From a virus, in the IMG/VR virus record IMGVR_UViG_3300042519_001303, positions 22,771-86,770 of that record: a stretch of DNA of 64,000 nucleotides, one strand, 5' to 3'. How positions within the stretch are numbered: position 1 is the first letter of the stretch; every line of letters starts with the position of its first letter. Made by a program: the position numbers and the translations under genes. A model generated the notes under the pieces. The model was given only the letters and a program-made list of their open reading frames with translations, ran no database searches and had not been told where the DNA came from. Below are positions 1 through 9,988 of this stretch, one piece after another.

Positions 1-249
1 GATCCAGTATCTGGTTCTTCAATGCAACCAATGTCAATACCAAGTTCGCCCATGCTTTCATCATCTGGATCATCTGGTGGAGGTGGTTCTTACCATGAAG
101 GTAGTACTGTAACTATTTCACCAGTAATAAATATGACGTCAACAGGTAATAACGGCGCTGTAAGTGAGTATGATTTAAGGTCTATGGCCAAAAAGATTGC
201 AAAGTTAATTGAACAAGAAGCAAATATAACCAAATTTAGGAGTATGTAA
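1..249 (+). CDS. Tape measure protein C-terminus (partial, runs off the window start)
   Basis: Frame open from base 1; Ser/Gly-rich stretch then 'VTISPVINM...AKKIAKLIEQE', typical of tape-measure C-termini; directly precedes baseplate genes. Confidence 0.6.
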   Translation, partial: DPVSGSSMQPMSIPSSPMLSSSGSSGGGGSYHEGSTVTISPVINMTSTGNNGAVSEYDLRSMAKKIAKLIEQEANITKFRSM

Positions 250-2465
250 TGGCTGATTACAAGGGTGATTACGATGATCTTTTTACTTTTTTAGAAGGAA
301 CTCAACCAGGCTCTGGAAAAGACCCAGATGCATCTAAAAGCGTTACCAATGATCCGTTTGGCCTGTACCCAAATAAATCGAGAACTGTTCGTCTTAACAA
401 TGCTACTGATCAATTGGAAGCACATACCCAAGTACTGCCAAAAGGTTTTATTAGAAACTTAGTAACAAATCAAGGTGGAAACCTGGCTCAATTTCCAAAC
501 ATACGATGCAATTTTCAATTTAACCCACAAGATATTCAACATCAAATTGAAGCAAGAAAAGATATGTATTTACCAATCTTGCAAGATCCCTCACAGCTTA
601 ATCAACCAATGGCTGGTAATGCAACATTTGCTTTTGAATTAATATTTGACAGAAGTATGGAAGTCAATAGTAACCGTTCATTAACTGTTACTAATGATGA
701 GGGAACTATGCCAGACCCTAAGTCTCCAGAAACTGTTGGTGTATTCCATGACTTACGTGTACTATATTCAATAATTGGACAGGGACTTAGTTCTGAGTTA
801 ATGGAAGCGCAACTAGCTAAATTGAAACAAGACGTAAAAAATTACGCTACCGTAAACTACAAGCAGTTAAATATCCAAGCAACAGCAACGGCTGGTAATC
901 CTGTTACTACTTTTCAACCTTTAAATACAGATGGCGGGGTATACGCTGAAGATGGCGACGCTGATTACGACTTAAACTCAAAAAAGACTGCTGATTTTTT
1001 AACAAATATTGATAGTGATCCAAGTGGCGGTATTAAATTTATGAGTGATTTAAATGTTGGAAACTCTGCATTCTTGATACCTCAACCATGTCGTGTTATT
1101 TTTTCTCCAATGTTTATGGTTGATGGTTTTGTAATGAATACAAATGTTTTGTTTACAAAGTTTAGTGCAAAGATGATTCCAATACAATGTAAAGTATACT
1201 TACAGATGCAAGCAATTTATATTGGTTTTGCTAGAGCTAAGACATTTATAACTGCACAGATAGAAGAAACTCAAGAACAAAATGATGAAGAACTAACTAC
1301 ATATACAAATAACCTAACCACACTACGTAAGTTGCTCGAAACTCATCTTCAGCGTATTACGGTTGCCTACAATGCAGACCCAAGAATACTTTCTGATGGG
1401 GGCATACCTGACGCAACACTTGAATACTCACAGTCAATTACCTCAACAAAATCAGGGGCAAACAGTGAAAGTTTTGGTCTGATATATCAACCATTTTGGA
1501 TGTTTGCTACTAAAAATTTTTGGTACAACCGACCATATGCAATAACAGGAGGTACCAGCCTTATATCTGAGGCTAAACCTCAATCTACTTCAAATGATCC
1601 ATACGCCATTTATGAGCCTACCGTACTACTAAAATTTGCTAATCCAGAACTCATACCTTGTCTTACCCCATATGGAGTCCCTGGTATTACTGTAGAGCTT
1701 TCACAGACAGTTGATGATAGGAAAGCCATAAGAAAAAAAGTATTTGAAGATATGAGTAGTGACAACCCAGTTGTTGACATAAAAGTATTCTCTTACATTT
1801 ATGGACCATTTAATAGTGAAACAGATGCACGTGCATTCACAGCAACAATACCAAGTGATAGAAAATCTAAGGTCCCAACGGGGAGAGTAGGGGAATACAC
1901 TACAGGATATGCATTTAGAGATACAGATGGCTGGGATGACTTTACTAAGAAACCTAAAAACTGGACGTTAGGAACTAGCACTTTTGATCCAGTATATAAT
2001 GGTTTAAACAAAGGTTCTCAAGCCATAAATATATCAACAGCTAATAGCTCAGGTAGTAACATTAAAACTAGATTAGACCAACTATTGGAAACTTTAGATT
2101 ATCCTGAGACAGACAGTGACCAAGCCAGAAAACTCTATATAGAAACCTCTTCGGTAGATAAAGAAATTAGTGACCCTAGCTGGGATGCTAGCAAAGTAAG
2201 TAGCAATAGTGCTAATGGTTACAATGCAGTTCCATTTGACGTATATCAAAAACTACCTAACTCTTTACTAGATTTAGTTGATGATGTTCACGATCTATCT
2301 AATAAATATTTTGCTGTAGTAACAGTAGTTGCTGTATATTACAATATAGCCGCACCTGGAAATGAAGCTGGTGGTTCTGCGCTAGATAGATCAGTTATTA
2401 TAGTAAAAGGTGACAATACTAGATTTAAAGATACTCTTTCACCCATTTACAGTGTGGTAGCATGA
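249..2465 (+). CDS. Tail tube initiator / baseplate hub-associated protein
   Basis: 'FQFNPQDI' and 'FELIFDR' motifs of contractile-injection tube-like N-terminal domains; sits between tape measure and LysM gene. Confidence 0.55.
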   Translation: MADYKGDYDDLFTFLEGTQPGSGKDPDASKSVTNDPFGLYPNKSRTVRLNNATDQLEAHTQVLPKGFIRNLVTNQGGNLAQFPNIRCNFQFNPQDIQHQIEARKDMYLPILQDPSQLNQPMAGNATFAFELIFDRSMEVNSNRSLTVTNDEGTMPDPKSPETVGVFHDLRVLYSIIGQGLSSELMEAQLAKLKQDVKNYATVNYKQLNIQATATAGNPVTTFQPLNTDGGVYAEDGDADYDLNSKKTADFLTNIDSDPSGGIKFMSDLNVGNSAFLIPQPCRVIFSPMFMVDGFVMNTNVLFTKFSAKMIPIQCKVYLQMQAIYIGFARAKTFITAQIEETQEQNDEELTTYTNNLTTLRKLLETHLQRITVAYNADPRILSDGGIPDATLEYSQSITSTKSGANSESFGLIYQPFWMFATKNFWYNRPYAITGGTSLISEAKPQSTSNDPYAIYEPTVLLKFANPELIPCLTPYGVPGITVELSQTVDDRKAIRKKVFEDMSSDNPVVDIKVFSYIYGPFNSETDARAFTATIPSDRKSKVPTGRVGEYTTGYAFRDTDGWDDFTKKPKNWTLGTSTFDPVYNGLNKGSQAINISTANSSGSNIKTRLDQLLETLDYPETDSDQARKLYIETSSVDKEISDPSWDASKVSSNSANGYNAVPFDVYQKLPNSLLDLVDDVHDLSNKYFAVVTVVAVYYNIAAPGNEAGGSALDRSVIIVKGDNTRFKDTLSPIYSVVA

Positions 2466-2707
2466 AAACAACCTACTTATCAACAGATAGATATACACTT
2501 GATGCTTCTGGTCAAACTGCTTCTAGAAGTAAGTTTGTAGTTTCCACTTATGAAGTGTATGTAGCAACACATGGTGACACTTTTATGAATTTAAGTATAA
2601 GATTCTTAAATGATCAATCAAGGTACTGGGAAATTGCGGATATTAATCCGCAAGTGCAATGGCCTGATCAGATCACAGCTGGTACTTTGATACGGATACC
2701 ATTATGA
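2462..2707 (+). CDS. LysM / tail X-like baseplate protein
   Basis: 'GDTFMNLSIRFL...YWEIADINP...ITAGTLIRIP' LysM-like pattern; ATGA overlap. Confidence 0.8.
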   Translation: MKTTYLSTDRYTLDASGQTASRSKFVVSTYEVYVATHGDTFMNLSIRFLNDQSRYWEIADINPQVQWPDQITAGTLIRIPL

Positions 2708-3861
2708 TATCTAAGTCTTTAAACAATTTTGCTGGTGTAACCACACTAGTCATCAATAACATGCAAGTTTTATATAATTCTGTACTAGAGTATGATCTCT
2801 CATTATCAGAAAATAAGCATGATTTGTTAGTTATAACTATGACCGGTATTTCTCCAAGAGCTGTAACAGATTACATAGGAGCACCAGTTAAGTTTTTTCT
2901 AGGTTCTTCAAGTGGAAGAAGTCAAACTTTTAATGGATATGTTTCTTACACTGAACCTTTTTCAAATAACAGAGACGGCTTTGTAAATAAAAGCCCCATA
3001 CAGTTAACAAAGCTTTACTGTGTGGGTGCTTCATTTGTAATGAAAGAAGTAAGATCAAAGGTATGGGACTACCCAACATTGACTGATATTATTAATGATA
3101 TATCTTCTAGATATAGATTTAGTATTGATTACCCAACAGACTCATATCAGCCTATTCGTTTAGTACAGGCTACTGAGAGCGATTGGTCTTTTTTAAATAA
3201 AGTATGTAAAACATTTGGTTTATCTTTTACATTACATGGAACTCATTTGCATATATGGGATAGGTCAAAAGCAACAGGAAGATTGTCTTCTTATCATGTG
3301 GCTGTTACTTCTTCAAAAACACAAGCTAACCAACCATTTTCGGTATTAAATTTTGAAGCTACTCTTGGAAGAATATCGTCTTCAGTAAATGCAAGTAAGT
3401 CAATTGTAACTGTATTAGATAATCAAAACAATGTGCATACTGTTACTTCAGAAGATATTGACTACAATCCGGGTAGCAGTGCATCTAAAGTATTCAAAAA
3501 ACCACTGTATTACTCAGCAAATTCTTTAGAAGAAGGTTTAAAAATTGTAGATTACAATGATAAAAGTAACTATATATATAACGCTACAATAAAAGTGATG
3601 TATGGTGCTGGTGCAGTACCTGGTGGTTTAATAGACCTAAAGGGCTATTCATCAGATTTTGATGGAATATGGTATGTAACGGATGTTAAACATTTAGTAA
3701 AATCAGAAAACTATGTAACCGAACTTTCAGTAATTAAAGATTCTAAATATGAAGATACACCAACACTTACTTTAACAAAAAAGTTTTCAAACCCTCCTGA
3801 CTCATTTTTATTAAACGATAAATGGGTAGCAGAGACTTCTGAGGTGATGCAGTATGCCTAG
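2704..3861 (+). CDS. Baseplate hub (gpD / gp27-like)
   Basis: 'QATESDWSFL' and 'GIWYVTDVKH' motifs; follows LysM gene. Confidence 0.8.
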   Translation: MISKSLNNFAGVTTLVINNMQVLYNSVLEYDLSLSENKHDLLVITMTGISPRAVTDYIGAPVKFFLGSSSGRSQTFNGYVSYTEPFSNNRDGFVNKSPIQLTKLYCVGASFVMKEVRSKVWDYPTLTDIINDISSRYRFSIDYPTDSYQPIRLVQATESDWSFLNKVCKTFGLSFTLHGTHLHIWDRSKATGRLSSYHVAVTSSKTQANQPFSVLNFEATLGRISSSVNASKSIVTVLDNQNNVHTVTSEDIDYNPGSSASKVFKKPLYYSANSLEEGLKIVDYNDKSNYIYNATIKVMYGAGAVPGGLIDLKGYSSDFDGIWYVTDVKHLVKSENYVTELSVIKDSKYEDTPTLTLTKKFSNPPDSFLLNDKWVAETSEVMQYA

Positions 3862-4117
3862 TTCAGATATCAGTCTATATAGAGCTCTTGTAATTAGATC
3901 ATTAGACCAGGAAGTACACGTAAAGATACCATCAATTCTTGGTGCAAATGAAACTATAACTATGCATAGGCCCACTGAAGTTGGTTCAGAATGGCCACCA
4001 GCAGAAGGTGCTCAGTTAATTGTTGCTATTGAGGGAGAAAATTTTAACAAGGTGTATTTAATAAGCAACATTACCGATACTACAACCATTAATAGTATTA
4101 ATGGTGGAAGCGCTTAA
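3854..4117 (+). CDS. Short baseplate spike protein (gp5/gpV N-terminal OB-fold-like)
   Basis: 'VHVKIPSILG...PPAEGAQLIVAIEGENFN' resembles the spike OB fold; between hub and gp25. Confidence 0.6.
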   Translation: MPSSDISLYRALVIRSLDQEVHVKIPSILGANETITMHRPTEVGSEWPPAEGAQLIVAIEGENFNKVYLISNITDTTTINSINGGSA

Positions 4118-4130
4118 TCGAGAGGATTTT

Positions 4131-4529
4131 ATGAAAGTAATTAAAACACCATTTAGCTTTGCAGGTGGTAAAACTGAAGTAACTAAAGATACTGTTACAA
4201 TCATAAATCAAAAGATTGAAAGTATATTAAACACTCCAAAATTCTCAAGAATACTTCACCCATTATATGGTAGTAATATTGCAATGCTAATTAATGAATA
4301 CCCGAGTGAAATAATATTGCTTGATGCAAAGGTGGAAGCTTTGATGGATTTAGAAGAAAATCTATCTGGTGCTACAGTATTAGACATGCGTTTTGATGTA
4401 TCCTCAATTACCAGTTCTGACCCAATTCTTAATGTATACCTTACATACAGACTACCTATTGGGACTATACTAGGTAGTACTGTAAAAATAGCTATACCAG
4501 GTATAGTTACCGAAGACACGATTGTGTAG
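4131..4529 (+). CDS. Baseplate wedge protein gp25/gpW-like
   Basis: 'ILNTPKFSRILHPLYGS' matches the gp25 'T..GER...P.YG' pattern; RBS GAGG before ATG 4131. Confidence 0.75.
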   Translation: MKVIKTPFSFAGGKTEVTKDTVTIINQKIESILNTPKFSRILHPLYGSNIAMLINEYPSEIILLDAKVEALMDLEENLSGATVLDMRFDVSSITSSDPILNVYLTYRLPIGTILGSTVKIAIPGIVTEDTIV

Positions 4530-4537
4530 GTTGAGTA

Positions 4538-6013
4538 ATGGATCAATCATTTAATTACGCCAGTAGAACATATAGCACCATTAGACAAGACCTTCTTAAT
4601 CGTGCGGCCCTTGTTGCCCCAGAGTGGACGGATAGAGACCCATCAGATTTTGGTATGTTATTTGTCGACCTGTGGTCATATATGGGTGACATTATGAATT
4701 ACTATATTGATCGGGCAGGTAGGGAAGCTTTTATAACTACAGCAACTCAACGTGAAAGCTTAATTGCTTACGCAAACATGTTTGGGTACAAACCTAGTGG
4801 TAGAAGATCATCCACAGCTAATGTCTTTATAGCTAATGGTTCTTCTGCTTCAGCTAACATATACACAGTTAATATTGGAGACAAGTTTTCTGCTGTTTCA
4901 AACAACACTACTTATAACTTCTATGCCTCCAGTGAAGCCCTTATCACTCCTGGTCAATCTGCTGAAATATCAGTTACTGAAGGAATTAGAATAGTTGATG
5001 AAACTGTAGTGTCATCAGCAACTGGTTTGCCTAACCAAGTTTATACGTTGGCTAACTCCGATGCAGATGCAGCAACAATATCTGTTACTGTCACTGAGGA
5101 GGGTGTAGCAAATACTTGGGTTAGTTATGAAACTATTGAAGATATACCACAAAACTCTAGAGGATTTAGTGTTTTTCTATCCTCTTCTGGAAAAGTTCAG
5201 TTAAGTTTTGGTAATAGAATTAATGGGTACATACCACCTTCTGGATCTACTATTAAAGTTAGCTACACTAGAAGTTCTGGTGCTGATGGAAACATTGGAA
5301 GTAACTTAATAAAAACACTTGTTAGTACCGCACCTTCATACATAACAATTAGTAGTTCAAGTGTAGCTTCTGGTGGTACCAATGGAGAAACTGCGGAAAC
5401 ACTTAAGTCTAATATAATATCCTATATTAGAACACAAGATAGAGCTGTAACTCTAAAAGATTATGAAGACCTTACTAGGTCTGTAAGTGGTGTTTATAAA
5501 GCAGTTACTACTTATACTCCGGGATCTGGATCAGCAAGTGGTGGAGCTTCTGTAGTACTTTATGGGTTACCCTATGTAAGTGATTTTTTAACAACTACCT
5601 CGCATTCAATTACTGTCCCTGCTGATTTAAAAACAGATATTGTTAACCGAGTTACACCACGTTCAATGCTTGGTGTAACTCCCATTGCAGCAAGCACTAT
5701 TACTTTAAACAGACTAAACATAACTGCTGAGATTTTTGTTTCAGATGGTTTTGTAAGTAATGCAATAGCTAATAATGTATACAACGCCATAGATGGTTTA
5801 TTATCTTTTGACGCTACTGATTTTGGTAAACAAATAAGAAAGTCTGACGTGTATAAAGCAATTATGGCTTTAAATGGTGTTGATTACATTGAAATATCAA
5901 ATTTTCAAATCTTAAATTCAAGCAATGCAGAAGTTACTGTATTAGATCCAACACACCTAATAAGAAAAGGTTCTATTTCTTTTACCTTTTCTGGAGGGAT
6001 GGTAGCTTCATAA
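4538..6013 (+). CDS. Baseplate wedge protein J-like
   Basis: 'PEWTDRDPSDFG', 'FGNRINGYIPP', 'QDRAVTLKDYE' motifs. Confidence 0.9.
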   Translation: MDQSFNYASRTYSTIRQDLLNRAALVAPEWTDRDPSDFGMLFVDLWSYMGDIMNYYIDRAGREAFITTATQRESLIAYANMFGYKPSGRRSSTANVFIANGSSASANIYTVNIGDKFSAVSNNTTYNFYASSEALITPGQSAEISVTEGIRIVDETVVSSATGLPNQVYTLANSDADAATISVTVTEEGVANTWVSYETIEDIPQNSRGFSVFLSSSGKVQLSFGNRINGYIPPSGSTIKVSYTRSSGADGNIGSNLIKTLVSTAPSYITISSSSVASGGTNGETAETLKSNIISYIRTQDRAVTLKDYEDLTRSVSGVYKAVTTYTPGSGSASGGASVVLYGLPYVSDFLTTTSHSITVPADLKTDIVNRVTPRSMLGVTPIAASTITLNRLNITAEIFVSDGFVSNAIANNVYNAIDGLLSFDATDFGKQIRKSDVYKAIMALNGVDYIEISNFQILNSSNAEVTVLDPTHLIRKGSISFTFSGGMVAS

Positions 6014-6014
6014 G

Positions 6015-7784
6015 ATGGCACGTAGATCTTTTACAATAAGAAGAGGATCATTTGAAGGTGGTTCGTATCTCCAATACTATGCTGGTGGAATTGGTGCTTC
6101 ATTAGGAGGACCACAAAATTATACTGCTTCTGCTTCTGCTACATACATAAAAGGTGACAATGTACAAACTGCCCCGGTTCTAAGCACAGCAATTGCGGCA
6201 GGTAATACACTTTCAAATGCTGCATTTTTTGAAGCTAGGTCAACTGACTACAAACAAGTTACCCTAAAATGGGGCCTTACACTCTATGAACTTGGAGTAA
6301 CCGCAGAACCATACTCAGTACATATTGTGTACTCGCCATTTGGTTGTCCAGATACTATTGCAGAAGGTTCTGTGCTCATAGAAACACGTACAATTGAAGA
6401 GTTTGTACATGCAGGTGTAGAAGGTGAGTGGGCCTACTATACCATGTTTATTCGATATAAATCAAATAACGACGAGTATTATGAACCTGTATCAAAACTT
6501 GAAGTATTAGTCCCATCAGACTACGGCTCAACAGAAAGTCTGTATGCAAAAATACCAGCCTACTACCAATATCAAGATGAAGTTGGTACTGGGGATCTTA
6601 AAAAATACTTATCAGTATTTGGTTGGGACTTAGACAAGTTTAGAACTACTTTAGATTTTGCAATATCAATGAAAGATCCTAGGGTAGCAAATGAAGAAAC
6701 ACTAGATTATATTGCTAGTGATTTAGGAGTAGGTGTTACTGTAAGTGATCTTGGTTCTCAAAGACTTAGAGACCTACTTACTATAGTAAGTAACTCACGT
6801 AAGAAAAATGGTACAGGTGCTTCTATTGAGCAGTTTTTAGAAGCAGTAATTGGCGCAAACGTAGAAATAGATGGTAACAATAAAACTATTAAGGTTTACT
6901 CACAGAGAGTAAACCTAATTAAAGACCCTAAATTTGTTTTTGGGGTAGCAGCTGGATTAGATGGAGGTGGACCTGCTGATGAATCGGCTGTTATATATGA
7001 ATCTGGGGAAGTAGGAACAGCCCAAGCAAGCATCATTGATGGAGGTTCTCCTAGTGATGTTTTTTCTTCAGCTGCTGTATCTACAGAAAAATGGGTAAGT
7101 TTTACTAATCCTAATAATGTTATTCATGGCATTTTAGAAACAGCCAACGCTGACGTAAAAGTCATTGGCGGAGATGTTTTCTATGTTTCAATAAATATTC
7201 CCAACACCACCAGTGGTTCTAGAAACATACCTGGATCAATAGACAATATTGCAATATATAACTCATCAGGTGTAAGCGGTGGTAGTGCAAGTTTAATAGC
7301 ACTAGACTCTGAGCCACAAACTTTTGGTACTACAAAGTATTGGAGAATAGTAATTCCAGATACAGTAACCACATACACTCCAGCAAAATTAACTATTGAG
7401 TATAATACTAATTACAATAATCAAAATATTTCATATTCTGATTTCTCTTATGTTTTACTAGAACGAAATTATATTGGTAAGTATTTTGATGGAGATACTG
7501 TTGAGGGAGGGTGGTTACTAAATGGAAATACTTCTGTAGGAAGTATCTCTGATTATCGATGGCTTGGAACACCCCATAATTCTTTTTCGGTGTATACAAC
7601 TAACTGGAAAAAAACTACCCAGGTAGTTTCTAGATTATTAAAAGACTTGCTTCCAGTTAAAGAAACTATTTCTTCTGGCACTCTATACAGCAATGGATAT
7701 TACAAACCAACAGTTGGTAACATTGTAAAAACACCAAATTATATGTATACTATTACATACGATAAGATACCAGGAGATACATGA
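6015..7784 (+). CDS. Baseplate/tail protein (P2 gpI-like domain)
   Basis: 'LYAKIPAYY...LKKYLSVFG...LDYIASDLG...KKNGT' gpI-like region and 'YFDGD' motif; follows baseplate J. Confidence 0.7.
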   Translation: MARRSFTIRRGSFEGGSYLQYYAGGIGASLGGPQNYTASASATYIKGDNVQTAPVLSTAIAAGNTLSNAAFFEARSTDYKQVTLKWGLTLYELGVTAEPYSVHIVYSPFGCPDTIAEGSVLIETRTIEEFVHAGVEGEWAYYTMFIRYKSNNDEYYEPVSKLEVLVPSDYGSTESLYAKIPAYYQYQDEVGTGDLKKYLSVFGWDLDKFRTTLDFAISMKDPRVANEETLDYIASDLGVGVTVSDLGSQRLRDLLTIVSNSRKKNGTGASIEQFLEAVIGANVEIDGNNKTIKVYSQRVNLIKDPKFVFGVAAGLDGGGPADESAVIYESGEVGTAQASIIDGGSPSDVFSSAAVSTEKWVSFTNPNNVIHGILETANADVKVIGGDVFYVSINIPNTTSGSRNIPGSIDNIAIYNSSGVSGGSASLIALDSEPQTFGTTKYWRIVIPDTVTTYTPAKLTIEYNTNYNNQNISYSDFSYVLLERNYIGKYFDGDTVEGGWLLNGNTSVGSISDYRWLGTPHNSFSVYTTNWKKTTQVVSRLLKDLLPVKETISSGTLYSNGYYKPTVGNIVKTPNYMYTITYDKIPGDT

Positions 7785-8035
7785 GCTTAGTAATAGCTTC
7801 ACTAGCTGTATATAAAGTGCTACAACTTATTGACTCGTTGTTGCCAAAAGAAGCAATGCCTTGGGTCAAAATATTGGCCTCAATAGCCCTATCCTATATT
7901 TCGTGTTTTGCCATAGACACAGATAATATACTTGTAGATGGTGCTGCAATTGCAGCTTTATCTGGTACAGTGCATTCAGCACTCCGCCTATTGACTCTTA
8001 GTGGAGATGCTGCACACCGCAAGAGTCTTCGATAG
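7781..8035 (+). CDS. Small membrane protein, possible holin
   Basis: 84 aa with 2-3 hydrophobic segments and a basic C-terminus. Confidence 0.45.
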   Translation: MSLVIASLAVYKVLQLIDSLLPKEAMPWVKILASIALSYISCFAIDTDNILVDGAAIAALSGTVHSALRLLTLSGDAAHRKSLR

Positions 8036-8042
8036 GAGCGTT

Positions 8043-8816
8043 ATGGCAAAGACAAATACGTATGGAATTCTTGGTGGAGCAAGTGTCCCCAAGGAAGTAA
8101 TTAATGCTTCACTTAATGATATTGCAAAGCATGCTTTTGTAGTCCCCTGGTACGGTTCAAAAACAATTTCACCATCAATGGAATGTGTTTATGATTGGAT
8201 GTTGGATAATGAAATTGACTACGAGATAGTTGCTTCTTCAGAAGGCCGCCCACTTCCAAAAGCATTAAGTAAAAATGCTTTAAATGTAACTTTGGTAGAA
8301 GATGTAGATTCCACAGTAATTGATCTTTTGGTTGACTGTAAGCCTGGGATTGCTTTAATTATGTGGGATGAAACCAATCCTGAGCGTTCATTAAACCTTG
8401 CCAATAGTACAATTAACCGTGGCCTTGAATCATTAGAACTTACTAATGGTTTGTGCCCAATTGTAGTTGACCCTCCAGAACAAAGTGAAGTAACTCTGTC
8501 AGTTACAGAGGTATCTGAAATGGAAGACCATCTGGACAAGGTTCTTGATTTAGATGTAACTAGCTTTGATAGAGAAACTCTTGAAATTATGCCAGCTGCT
8601 TCGGTAAAAAGAATGGCAGCTAATGCTGGGTTCCTGGTAAAGAACAAAGAGGAAGCAATTGACGCTTTGACTGGTTCAACAAAAATCAAAGAAGACATTG
8701 AAATTGGATCAATACTGTTGTTGTTCAATGACGGTACTGAACTTGGCTTTGGAATGAACAAAGATCTTTTGAAAAAGATTATGAATTTAGTTGTAGATAC
8801 TCAATCGGACGAGTAA
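8043..8816 (+). CDS. Hypothetical protein
   Basis: RBS AGGAG upstream of ATG 8043; long ORF. Confidence 0.6.
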   Translation: MAKTNTYGILGGASVPKEVINASLNDIAKHAFVVPWYGSKTISPSMECVYDWMLDNEIDYEIVASSEGRPLPKALSKNALNVTLVEDVDSTVIDLLVDCKPGIALIMWDETNPERSLNLANSTINRGLESLELTNGLCPIVVDPPEQSEVTLSVTEVSEMEDHLDKVLDLDVTSFDRETLEIMPAASVKRMAANAGFLVKNKEEAIDALTGSTKIKEDIEIGSILLLFNDGTELGFGMNKDLLKKIMNLVVDTQSDE

Positions 8817-8848
8817 GATTGTCCTTCACATACGGTTCCCAAACCAAG

Positions 8849-8880
8849 CAAAAGGCCCCCGCAAGGGGGCCTTTTGTTAT
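8849..8880. terminator. Bidirectional rho-independent terminator
   Basis: CAAAAGGCCCCC-GCAA-GGGGGCCTTTTG perfect hairpin between convergent genes. Confidence 0.9.
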
Positions 8881-8910
8881 TCAATAGTAACTACTATTAA
8901 ATTAGTGAGT

Positions 8911-9024
8911 TCACTTCTTCTTAGGAGCTGCCTTCTTTGCCGGCGCTGCTTTCTTCTTTGCGGGACCCTTGCCATATCCGGGGTCCTTCTTATCTTTCAA
9001 ACCACATCCACATGCTGCACACAT
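8911..9024 (-). CDS. Small Cys/Lys-rich protein (37 aa; not in ORF track)
   Basis: Reads MCAACGCGLKDKKDPGYGKGPAKKKAAPAKKAAPKKK; GGGGG RBS-like upstream; fills the gap before the terminator. Confidence 0.6.
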   Translation of the reverse strand: MCAACGCGLKDKKDPGYGKGPAKKKAAPAKKAAPKKK

Positions 9025-9036
9025 ACTTACCCCCCT

Positions 9037-9336
9037 TCAGCAATCCCAAGCCCGCAAGGACTTGTTAATACGGGAGTCAGGATTGTTGGCTGTTTTTGAT
9101 GAAGTGTTCTTTTTTTTCATGCCTTCCATACGCGCACAGAAAGAATCACGACGCGCTGCTGACTTCTCAGACTTAGCGGCCTGTTCTTTTTTTACCGGTG
9201 GCTTAAGGTCACTACCGGGGTTTTCACGCTCGTAAGACTTACGTCCTTTTTCATTAAGACCACCCTTGGGGTCTTTGCCTTCAGCACGTGACCAAGCGGC
9301 TGTCTTTTTTGCTGGGGCTTTCTTTTTAGCTGCCAT
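9037..9336 (-). CDS. Small basic phage protein
   Basis: RBS GGAG; 'AAW.R.EGK.PKGGLN.KGR...RR.SFCARM...W.C' pattern that recurs in aquatic phages. Confidence 0.7.
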   Translation of the reverse strand: MAAKKKAPAKKTAAWSRAEGKDPKGGLNEKGRKSYERENPGSDLKPPVKKEQAAKSEKSAARRDSFCARMEGMKKKNTSSKTANNPDSRINKSLRAWDC

Positions 9337-9349
9337 ATTGGCTCCTTAT

Positions 9350-9982
9350 CTATTTGGTTTCAATGTCATAAAAGTATCTATTGTCGTCTGAGGTGCGCCA
9401 TTTATCAGCGTCTTCTACATCCCATAGACGAGTATTAATAAGTCTTTCAATAAGAGTCCCGTCTTTGGTAGTAAGCGACGGGTCAAATAGTCTTACTCTA
9501 TTGTTTGGCTGTATGGCATAATTACCATCATTTCTTAGAATGACATGGCCGCATTTATGCTGACCTGGGTTTTCACTGAAACCAGCGTTAATTTGATTTG
9601 CATCGGGGGAGTGCCAGTCAAGAGTGAATAGGTATTTGCCGTTAACAAATTCTCCTGAGCGAGCTACATAGGTCATTCGCATATGGCGCATTACTTCAAA
9701 CTCTGTAACAGTGATTTGTGAACTAAAAGAATTCCACAGTACTAGATCATGTATATCTACTTCGGGTACGCCCGGTTCTGCACAGAAAGCTGATATGGGC
9801 ATTCTCCACCAAACACCCCCATCCTCCATCAAGAAATGAAACAAGGGGGATCTGCCTTGCATTGAAGCTACTCCAAAGATCATGCAAGGAAAGTATTGGT
9901 CGTGTGAGTCCAATTGATTACGAAGGTAATTACCTCTTACGTAACACTCAATTGGTGGAATGCTTGCGTTTAATTCAGGCAT
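9350..9982 (-). CDS. Conserved phage hypothetical protein
   Basis: 210 aa; 'GKYLFTLDW...HKCGH...GNYAIQPNNR' pattern. Confidence 0.65.
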   Translation of the reverse strand: MPELNASIPPIECYVRGNYLRNQLDSHDQYFPCMIFGVASMQGRSPLFHFLMEDGGVWWRMPISAFCAEPGVPEVDIHDLVLWNSFSSQITVTEFEVMRHMRMTYVARSGEFVNGKYLFTLDWHSPDANQINAGFSENPGQHKCGHVILRNDGNYAIQPNNRVRLFDPSLTTKDGTLIERLINTRLWDVEDADKWRTSDDNRYFYDIETK

Positions 9983-9988
9983 TTTAAA

